Assembly: GCA_039208735.1 (NCBI GenBank) | Contig: JBCCQY010000042.1 | Location: 1 to 64,000 of the forward strand | Reading direction: 5' to 3' | DNA length: 64,000 nucleotides | DNA from: Myxococcota bacterium | GTDB taxonomy: Bacteria > Myxococcota_A > UBA796 > GCA-2862545 | Translations under genes and position numbers: made by a program | Notes under the pieces: generated by a model | Told to the model about the DNA's origin: nothing | What the model saw: the letters and a program-made list of their open reading frames with translations, nothing else | The model's database searches: none | In this document: piece after piece, positions 29,401 to 40,933 of the stretch | Layout of the letters: every line of letters begins with the position of its first letter | How positions within the stretch are numbered: position 1 is the first letter of the stretch

Positions 29401-29656
29401 CGGTGAGGTTAGGGAAGGTTCCCGTCCAGAGCCGACCATCCCGGGTTGCCACCCACCAGGTTTCGCCCGCGACCGCCAACGCCTTGGCGCCGGGCATCAA
29501 CTGATGTTCGAGCGTGCCATGGAGCGGATCGAGACGGTACACCCCGGTGTCTTGGCCTTCGGGATGTTCGGTCACAACGCCGAGTCGATGGTCGGCGAGA
29601 GCGACCATCGCCGTGATTGCGCCGCGATGGTCGAGCCAGACGTGACGGGTACTCAT
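23465..29656 (-). CDS. Large WD40 beta-propeller + HEAT-repeat protein (retron-associated)
   Basis: First ~300 aa have WD40-like blades (HQGPVTAL...SAGEDRRL; GHAKPVRG...TVGDDRTIKAW); remainder is many L.D....VR..A..AL HEAT units; ATGA overlaps at both ends. Confidence 0.85.
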   Translation of the reverse strand: MSTRHVWLDHRGAITAMVALADHRLGVVTEHPEGQDTGVYRLDPLHGTLEHQLMPGAKALAVAGETWWVATRDGRLWTGTFPNLTALATTIEPIPTGLALVGASVALIAGDALVIVDSEGVEQARFGLPDRGTAIAAMPNGAFVVVGCRDGTVAVVERQDDGTFVPRASAELHQGPVTALRFERDEPRFWSAGEDRRLLVTHARGALEPIDRSGNHGHAKPVRGVAGDGDRLYTVGDDRTIKAWRKTDRRAPASQQQGVPSAVAVVEVEVDGTAHVAVAGQDASIRLFPVDEEGRVEARTVQFGGAFATLDHELDRDEIPRRQAALERLATYDDREAVERLVSRAIDDSDRALRVLAATHLAASEHPRAIPKLEELIATATDDEVRQIVFEGLRRRLGTTSLRPMVLTLQSPRADLGQVGQRALAALSQLARDDEQAEVRIVEALDHGEASLRHAALAALEQLHPTDATASLRGLQSSVATLRWRALVRLEQRGLLSEAERALRAATEDSDAEVRYAAYLLRLLVVPALAKRLRALDSDTHRQLHVLQTHGAAEASEPPPPPAVESGPVDRTPLLQAMASRRPDTALRAAVHLTLLDDPRALGLLLQLSRIDDPEVQVRACRALQRIGDARALGRMAALLRSSHAPVRDAAFTVIERLLAEAPVEAARIGLSAPHPDVRVRGLARAVAALEATDDSPAAGQVSEARDWLRRALDDDEARVRLDAFKAVVRLQIDGSQADALRFALQSGQSDVRREVITELMSQFRESWAWALLLERLDDPSPELRAEVFGFARQQGDKRETEAVRAALDSRFREMRLGAIEVLAHRVDEVARPWLVAALDDDDEAVRTQAFRALQRTGEARAMVQALESRHRDVRLSAATTLAEAGRPEAEEILLREIASAGPDEDEDPAAWAGRAVQALQGLGWLRSESAVYPARRLLDDPRPAVRHAAARTLAQAASPEVLAAVWNHADATIRQVLATARAWRGDATVAAAVFTPDHRGPDRVAAAVALSDDEPLLAMLDAHDLADRALTQRVVLLLDGFAGDSVPERLIAALTAADFAVRFVAADVLDVFANAPARQAAVVRWLSDAGEGPAWPLDAAFWESLSHRLQRADGRDQAAMLRVLHGMTSAAPHRSQSDAQSAAAKLRHDLDLVDRRAEPLGEGPLKSPETVPDLSDLVLGTYVGLSSQATGATVRASALRRLTRDASRDAATVRAAVRVALTDADAQVRRVAFEALPDLGLSLDERVEEALSAGFGDLGQLALTLLADEGRIDAVWPILTERDDGLQGIAFDLLVERSGPEPTARAALKARAADVRRRAVTLLAGLIEAPDAHPELVAALSSRFPDVRRHAASTLAARGDLRAFDALVVLLEDDDQQRMAIRDLSRLNDPRVPGALLDRIAQDPRGTADGKRLLEAIGRARQTAVVDRLIRLVKEEKVPVRPALDALTAISGYDQPMSFDLRDPDADDSWLKDQHPRHDDVIAKVLLLRAELRQVREVTRMLRGIMWSRSAAVDVPLRRMLRHADDSLRREAVFAYGWRIRFRNADSAPVQELLSHPDPTTAFLAAEALARAQASAGIAVLLAAIDTLDDLSLRRRAVLALGQLGDERALDKLLDIVMQEDHALVGPAAEAIGHLRETEKGPEILRRLLALAKGNNLIAASALVGLRWFGTNEAWAAVRRAAEASERHMRRTAADQLRYDTSLTKDDSRKVLERMVRTERYYQVLEVATTSLRRLLGPDSLEPDYALMLARYAIYQDEVLERLRERGDAARILSALADPQALRDAYDPLLTALAARDPFPVDAVVAHLADPRPAAGIDAGRLIGRLPTLTAEARASLRQATGAAVQEWQDAVAQERNATAHAERVRWLLWAAARHGVANDAVRQVLALSERESTSLQLAAARALTLMPDALEVLIDVAGTGPARARALAAAMVARHAPDRVGALLEAHRDDPAVVQALAHAPEARDALSRAVGDLHTQGLAMAGYVAQPGADPAVLAAALRSTEPDVRFGALEGLSALATPAAETHLRTFAEDGAQEEEERKAAWRALRRSRRARAAREASA

Positions 29657-32472
29657 CCGTTCCCCCTCGGTGAGCGGCCCCCATCACGCCAGCGATGGCG
29701 GATGCGGGTCAGGGCCACGAGGCACGCCTCGGACTCAGATTTGCCCTGGCTCTTCAGAAACTCCTGAAACACGGGCACCACACGCCTAGCAAATGCACGG
29801 TCTTCGACCGCAAGATCCCGACAGACCTCGATGAGCGCAAGCTTTGCCGCCCGCGCGGAAATCCCTCGTGGCGAGGCTTGCTCCCGCGCGACCGCGGCTT
29901 TCGCCCGACCGCTCTCTTTTTCAGGGCGAGCCGGAGGAATCGCGAACAAGGAACGCCGCAAGAAGGACCGGATGTCGGCCGCGTCCGCAAACAGCGCGTC
30001 GGGACGGTTCGTGTCGGACGTCGCGGGGTGCCGATAGCGCGCCCACAACTGACGCACGACAAAGGCCACAACGCGCCGATCCGGGCTCTCGGTGAGCCGG
30101 TAGAGCTCATGGGGCACCGCCAACCGGGGATGGGCGGCGATGAGCGACATGCCGAGGCCTCGAGTGGCCGGATCGAGAGAGTCGATGAGTCGATAGACAT
30201 CGTCGGCCTCGAACGTGGCAGGATCAAGGCGATAGCCCCGATGTTCGAGTTTGTCGGGCGCCGTGAGGGCCTCGGTCACGAACGCGAACACGTCGGCATG
30301 CGGCAACTCAGCCCAGCGGATGAGATCGGGAAGTCTGGCGCCCAACCCAACCAAGTCGGCACGCATCAGCTCGATGCCCAACGCGCGTACGACCGCTCGG
30401 TCATCGGCGAGCAACGTCGATGCTCGCTCGAGGGTCACAAATCCGGTGGGCAGGTGCATCGTGGGGTCGAGCGGCTGCCCCTCCGACCGTTCGTAAAGCA
30501 CCGGGTGGTGATGCTGGAGGTAGCGAATGGCGAACGTACGCAGCGGTGCATCCGCCTCACCATCGGCGGTCACCCAATCGAAGATGCGCTGGGCCCCCGC
30601 CAAGGACGCACCGGCGGCGGAAGGGTCGGGCGCTAGATCAGCAGGCGCAAAGCCCACCACTAGTGAATCCACCGCGAAATCCGCGAAGGCCCCGTCCGTG
30701 GTCTGGACCATGTCGAGGAGCCAGTCTGCACCGAGTTCGCGACTCGGAAAGTCACGAGGATCCAACTGTTCAAGCGCCCAGCCCCCCAACCCCTCGTCGA
30801 AAGGCAAGTCGAGGGCCCATTGGCGGCCCGATGCCATCAGCGAGGTGCGAATTGGCGACGCTTCCCAGGTGGGAGGGTAGGCAATCGCCTTGAGGAAATC
30901 GACGCCTAAGACCGTCGGGGCCAACCGCCCTTGGGCCACCCAGCGCTGTACGAGCGGCCGGGGGACAGGGTTGATGAGCGCTCGACGCAACGGCTCGGCC
31001 CCCAGCTCGTCGATCGGCCGTTCGCGAAGCGTCTCGTCGAGACCGCGCACCGTCGCACGAGAAAGCCGCTCGTCGTCAAGCACCTCGGCCCAAAACGCCA
31101 AGGGCACACGCGCCGGAGGGTGCGTCCGTCCGATCTGGGCGAACGCAAAGGTCACCACGGACTCCACGGGCGCCATCATGCGTTCGCGGAACCATTCGAG
31201 CGTCAGTTCGGCAGGGCCGAAGTGTTCGCGAATCGCCTCCACCGCAAGGTCGTTGCCGTGGCGCGTGCCAAGCAGTTCGCCCCACGCTGCGAGACCCACT
31301 TCGGTACGCGGGTCGCGGTCGCGGAGCAGGTCACGCGCGAGTTCTCGAACGGCCTGATGATCGTGGTTGGCGAGCCGAACCAACCGGTCGAGTTCGAGGT
31401 CCCGAGCGTGGGTTCGTGCGTAGCGAGCCGCCCACTCGCCAGCCGCCTGCGAGTCCGATTCGAGCAACTCGACCACACTGTCGTGCAAACCAAGTTGGCG
31501 AAAGGCCGAGGGCTCGAACCGTGGAACGTTGTCGAGCAACCACGCCACAAAGTCGTCGACGACCGTCGAGCGCGCCCGCACGAGGCGAACCACCCAGGCG
31601 ACTTCGACCTCCCGCAACTGGGTGCGGAAGTCGGTTTTGAGGGCCTCGACGGCGAACGCCCGAATGGGGTCTGATGCGGCGCGTTCGAGAAGCCCGAACA
31701 AGGGACGGGGCGTGCGCCGCCACGCCGCGGGGAACGCCCGATGCTTGATGTCGAATCCCGAACGGCGAAAGCCATTGCGAAGGAAGCGATTGCGGTTGTA
31801 GGCATTGGGTAGGTGGTGGAACAGGATTTGGTTGGCCAGCCAGGTACGGGCTAGCGTGGTGCGAGGCCCGTAGTGCCGCAGCACCTCGGCCGCACGGTCG
31901 GGATAGGCGCTTGGCATGCGCTCGCCAATGCGACGCAGGGTTCGCCAAGCTCGACGCACGAGGTAGCGCAGCGTGGCCCGCGAAACGTCGCCTGACAGGC
32001 GCCAGCTCGTGTACTCGGTGTCGAATCGAACCGCGATGGCCGCGTAGATCGACCAATCGCCTCGCCGCTCGGACTCCTTGAAGAGCCCTTTCACCGCGCG
32101 CCAAGGCCCATAACGAAGCGGCAACGCCTGAATGGCCTGGATGAGCTGGTCGCGAGCCCACGGCGAACCGTCGTCGAACAGCGCCTGCACCACCCGGAAG
32201 AGCCACCACCTGGGAGGAGGTGTGACCTCGGCATCGGCGGCTTCGATCTGGGCAAAGTCGCGCATGCGCTCCTGCCGGCGACTTTCGGGATCGAGCGCTT
32301 TGAACTGCCGGGATCGATGTTTGACCCGAAGCCGTTTGACGGTCAGTGCGCCGTCGCGAACGGGGTCATTCGGATCGGACGCGAGCGCGAGGGCGACAAT
32401 GACACGCCAGAGGTTTCGATCGCGCGCTTCGTAGGATCGATCGACGTCTTCGATGGTGATCGTTGGTTGCAC
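29653..32472 (-). CDS. Alpha-helical repeat (ARM/HEAT-like) hypothetical protein, first gene of the retron operon
   Basis: 939-aa ORF, GTG start after GGAG; helical units such as LL....D.IR.FA..AL and LAN.....VR.LA..LL; Trp/Arg-rich N-terminus; stop overlaps next ATG. Confidence 0.75.
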   Translation of the reverse strand: MQPTITIEDVDRSYEARDRNLWRVIVALALASDPNDPVRDGALTVKRLRVKHRSRQFKALDPESRRQERMRDFAQIEAADAEVTPPPRWWLFRVVQALFDDGSPWARDQLIQAIQALPLRYGPWRAVKGLFKESERRGDWSIYAAIAVRFDTEYTSWRLSGDVSRATLRYLVRRAWRTLRRIGERMPSAYPDRAAEVLRHYGPRTTLARTWLANQILFHHLPNAYNRNRFLRNGFRRSGFDIKHRAFPAAWRRTPRPLFGLLERAASDPIRAFAVEALKTDFRTQLREVEVAWVVRLVRARSTVVDDFVAWLLDNVPRFEPSAFRQLGLHDSVVELLESDSQAAGEWAARYARTHARDLELDRLVRLANHDHQAVRELARDLLRDRDPRTEVGLAAWGELLGTRHGNDLAVEAIREHFGPAELTLEWFRERMMAPVESVVTFAFAQIGRTHPPARVPLAFWAEVLDDERLSRATVRGLDETLRERPIDELGAEPLRRALINPVPRPLVQRWVAQGRLAPTVLGVDFLKAIAYPPTWEASPIRTSLMASGRQWALDLPFDEGLGGWALEQLDPRDFPSRELGADWLLDMVQTTDGAFADFAVDSLVVGFAPADLAPDPSAAGASLAGAQRIFDWVTADGEADAPLRTFAIRYLQHHHPVLYERSEGQPLDPTMHLPTGFVTLERASTLLADDRAVVRALGIELMRADLVGLGARLPDLIRWAELPHADVFAFVTEALTAPDKLEHRGYRLDPATFEADDVYRLIDSLDPATRGLGMSLIAAHPRLAVPHELYRLTESPDRRVVAFVVRQLWARYRHPATSDTNRPDALFADAADIRSFLRRSLFAIPPARPEKESGRAKAAVAREQASPRGISARAAKLALIEVCRDLAVEDRAFARRVVPVFQEFLKSQGKSESEACLVALTRIRHRWRDGGRSPRGNG

Positions 32473-32494
32473 GCAGCCCCTGCTCCGGCATCAA

Positions 32495-32771
32495 GGGTTT
32501 GGGCGCAGGGTCGAGAGGGGTCGGCATTCGCTACTTCTAGACCTGGGACATGGAAGGCTCACCGATCTGGCCGGGTTCTACACCCCTCCGCGAGGCATGG
32601 AACAGCGACCGGCGATGTTGAACCAGACCATCCTCGCGGAGGGGTGTAGAACCCGATAGCCGAGATCTGAAACAGCCTTCCTTGTGATGGATGGTACGTG
32701 GTTTTCCTGGACGGCGAAACGCCGCCCCGAGGCTAGACCTGCCGACCTCCTCTCAACCGAGCACCCATCCC
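32495..32771 (-). ncRNA. Retron msr-msd non-coding RNA (Mx162-family-like)
   Basis: Outer imperfect inverted repeats 32495-32526 / 32740-32771 (core GGTCGAGAGGGGTCGGCA vs TGCCGACCTCCTCTCAACC); msr hairpin 32709-32727; perfect 24-bp stem 32572-32595 / 32632-32655 with outer 8-bp stem 32552-32559 / 32674-32681; single mismatches become G-U only on the minus strand; candidate branch G in UAGC at 32733. Confidence 0.85.
32572..32655. repeat. Perfect 24-bp inverted repeat (predicted msd stem)
   Basis: CGGGTTCTACACCCCTCCGCGAGG (32572-32595) is the exact reverse complement of CCTCGCGGAGGGGTGTAGAACCCG (32632-32655). Confidence 0.97.
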
Positions 32772-32832
32772 GTATACCGCACTTGGGTCAAAAAGTGTCC
32801 GTACGGCATACGCAGGGCGTCTCACATGCGTT

Positions 32833-38295
<5,463 letters not shown>

Positions 38296-38450
38296 CGATG
38301 GCTCCAAAAAACGTTTCGCAATTGTAGCCAACGTTCCCGATCCGTGAAGCGGACCAGCCGCGCATTGCCTTGCTCGTTACGTTCGCGCCACGGCCGAACT
38401 TGAAATGACGCTCGGCCTCGGGCGTACGCGTCCCAGACGCGAGGGTGCAC

Positions 38451-39293
38451 ATGGCGTGGTGGCGAGAGCTGTTGCGACGGACACTGACCGGTGGAGTCAG
38501 TGAAATCACCGGAGACAGCCTTGCCCGACGGGTCGTCGACCGAATCGTTCGCATGCGAACCCGGGGCAAACGAGGCACCGTAAGGCTCCCGGACGAGGTG
38601 CAAGTCATCATCCGGGTCAGCGGTGGAAGCCTTCAGGTCGTGCGCTCGATCGTCGAAGACCCGGACTTCGACCAAGAGATCGCCCATCGACTCGAAAATC
38701 GACTCGTCGACCTGCCCAAGACGGCGCATCCGCTGCGGCTCTACCGCGTCGAGCAAGGCGAAAGCGATGAGATCAAGGTGAGCGAAGTCGTGCACCCGGT
38801 TCAGCTTGCTCTCACCGTCCTCGATGGCGATCGACACGGCGAAGCGTTGCGTGTTCCCACCTCCAAACGCGACCTCCGAGTGGGTCGAGGCAAGCTGCAC
38901 GGAACGAGCGACCTTTCAGAAAGCAACGACGTCATCGTCACCTACGATGCGCCGTTTGTGAGCCGCCGGGCCGCACGCATCCGGCGTCTGGGCCGTCACC
39001 TGCGCCTTCAAGCCCTCGATCAAGGTGACTGCCTTGCTGTCGAACGTCCCAGCGGTGAACGCGTACGGCCTAACCGCACCATCGAAGGTTGGGCCCCGGT
39101 ACGGCCCGGCGACCTCATCGAATTCTCGGACGGCGCGGGCCAACTTTTGCGACTTCGCCTCGACGAAGGGGATGGAGAGGTGACGCTCGCGGGTCCCGAA
39201 TTCACCGCGCCTCGCGTCGAACCTGTCGACCCAGCCGAAGCACCGACGGAGCGGGCGCCACGTCACGGAACCATCGTTCCAGGGGAGAATTGA
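38451..39293 (+). CDS. FhaA-like protein (DUF3662-like N-terminus + FHA domain)
   Basis: RGTVRLPDEVQV N-terminal region; C-terminal LRVGRG...NDVIV...FVSRRAARI...VRPGDLIEF FHA-like fold. Confidence 0.65.
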   Translation: MAWWRELLRRTLTGGVSEITGDSLARRVVDRIVRMRTRGKRGTVRLPDEVQVIIRVSGGSLQVVRSIVEDPDFDQEIAHRLENRLVDLPKTAHPLRLYRVEQGESDEIKVSEVVHPVQLALTVLDGDRHGEALRVPTSKRDLRVGRGKLHGTSDLSESNDVIVTYDAPFVSRRAARIRRLGRHLRLQALDQGDCLAVERPSGERVRPNRTIEGWAPVRPGDLIEFSDGAGQLLRLRLDEGDGEVTLAGPEFTAPRVEPVDPAEAPTERAPRHGTIVPGEN

Positions 39294-39296
39294 GGG

Positions 39297-40160
39297 ATGG
39301 CCGTCACCCAGCGCGACGAGCGCAGCTTTCAGGTCGATCTGACCGCGCTCGAAGGCGGATTTTGGCGCCGCCTTTCGCAACGACGGGTACGCGTCGATCC
39401 CTACCTGGTGGCGAAAGCGATCTTCTCGGTCATGGACTTTTGCGAACACCGAGATGTACGTGGCAAACGCCTCATGTGGAACGACTACCGCGTTTTTCTT
39501 TCCCAGGAAGACTACGACGGCCTCGCGCCGATCATCTCGCGTCTCGAGCAAGACCTCGCCTCGCTCCTCCAGGAACGATTCAACGAGGGCGGTGCCACGT
39601 TGATGGGAGGGCTCAATGTCGATCTGCTCGTCAGCGAGGGGGAACGTCTGCCTCCGAGCACCGTCGTGGTCCAGCCATCGTTTCATGCCTGGAGCGACCA
39701 GCGCGACAGTGCGGGGAGTGCGGTCACGGTGCGCGCAGGACGGAAAGCAGCGCAGCCCCCGCCGGCCCACGCCACACACCGCGTCGCGGACCCCAACGAT
39801 CCCGACGCCACCCTAATCAATGAGGATCAAGACGGCCTCGGCCTGGTCGTTCGCTGGGGCACCCACTCGGCGCAAGTGGGCGCGGGCATGCGGGTGGTGT
39901 TTGGGCGTCCTCACGCCGATGCGGCGGGCTCGTTCGTGCCGCTCCATGGCGCCACCAACGAGATCAACCGGCGCCAGCTGTTCATCGAGCCGGGCCCTGA
40001 AGGATCGGCCGTCATCGGTCGACTGTCCTCGGCCAACGCGGTCCAGGTCAACGGAAGGCTCGTGCAGCCGGGGGGTCAACTTGCGGTGACTCGGCTTCCG
40101 GTCGAAGTGTCGCTGTCAAAAGGTGCGCTCGTTCTCACCGTAGAGACGGAACGCCCATGA
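39297..40160 (+). CDS. Second FhaA-like protein (DUF3662-like + FHA domain)
   Basis: WNDYRVFLSQEDY motif typical of FhaA N-terminal domain; VVFGRP...INRRQLFI...NAVQVNG FHA-like C-terminus. Confidence 0.7.
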   Translation: MAVTQRDERSFQVDLTALEGGFWRRLSQRRVRVDPYLVAKAIFSVMDFCEHRDVRGKRLMWNDYRVFLSQEDYDGLAPIISRLEQDLASLLQERFNEGGATLMGGLNVDLLVSEGERLPPSTVVVQPSFHAWSDQRDSAGSAVTVRAGRKAAQPPPAHATHRVADPNDPDATLINEDQDGLGLVVRWGTHSAQVGAGMRVVFGRPHADAAGSFVPLHGATNEINRRQLFIEPGPEGSAVIGRLSSANAVQVNGRLVQPGGQLAVTRLPVEVSLSKGALVLTVETERP

Positions 40161-40933
40161 AGCCTTCGCCCCACTGGGATGTGGCGGCGCGAACCCACGT
40201 GGGTCGCGTGCGCGCGCAGAACGAAGACTCCTTTGTGATCGATGCCCCTCGCGGGCGATTTGCGGTCATCGATGGCATGGGGGGCCCCGCCGCCGGTGCG
40301 GTTGCCGCCGAGCACGCCCGCATCGCCCTTCAGGACCACGAAGACCTGTTCGAGGCGTTTGCGGTCGCCAATCGTGCCATCTTGCAGGACGCCGCACGAA
40401 ATCCCGATCGACACGGCATGGGCTGCGTCGTGACCGCCGTTCACATTCATGGGCCCATGATTCGGGTGGCTCATGTGGGCGACACCCGCGCGTACGTCGC
40501 CTCCGAAGACGCCACGGAGCAAATCACCCAGGACCACACCTCCACCGCGGCCGATCAAGAAGCCTTCGGCTTGTCGGAAGCCCAGGCTCGCGCCTTGCCC
40601 AACCAACACCAAGTCACCAACGATATCGGGCGACGCCCCCGCAAGGGCGTCGAATGGATCGAAGCGCATGACGTGATGTTCTCTCGAGGCGACGTGCTCC
40701 TGTTGTGCAGCGACGGCCTGCACGATGCGCTACCGCAAGCCATCTTGTTCGCGCGCCTGGCGGAGGCCCGTAAGCAGCGTTGGACGGCCGGTGACCTTGC
40801 CGATCGGCTCCTCGCCGAAGCCCTGTCCGCTGGGGGCGACGACAACGTGACCGTCGTGGTGGTGCGCCGTCGCTATACGACTGACCAAATCGTTACGGCG
40901 CTTGCAAACCCGTTCTTGGGCGAGGACGGATGA
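40157..40933 (+). CDS. PP2C-family Ser/Thr protein phosphatase
   Basis: THVGRVRAQNED, DGMGG, GMG, AHVGDTRAY, TQDH, LCSDGL, GGDDNVTVVV. Confidence 0.93.
   Translation: MKPSPHWDVAARTHVGRVRAQNEDSFVIDAPRGRFAVIDGMGGPAAGAVAAEHARIALQDHEDLFEAFAVANRAILQDAARNPDRHGMGCVVTAVHIHGPMIRVAHVGDTRAYVASEDATEQITQDHTSTAADQEAFGLSEAQARALPNQHQVTNDIGRRPRKGVEWIEAHDVMFSRGDVLLLCSDGLHDALPQAILFARLAEARKQRWTAGDLADRLLAEALSAGGDDNVTVVVVRRRYTTDQIVTALANPFLGEDG

Noticed and set aside
32572..32655. 24-bp inverted repeat as rho-independent terminator or MITE
   Set aside because: No U-tract on either side, 36-nt structured loop, nested within further stems, no target-site duplication seen
20330..32830. Retron locus as a mobile island or prophage cargo
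   Set aside because: No integrase, transposase, tRNA or flanking direct repeats recognised; composition looks like the flanks by eye (not computed)
32771..32832. Sigma70 promoter for the ncRNA (TTGACC ... TATACG on minus strand)
   Set aside because: The two boxes are only 9 nt apart; a promoter is likely here but I cannot place it
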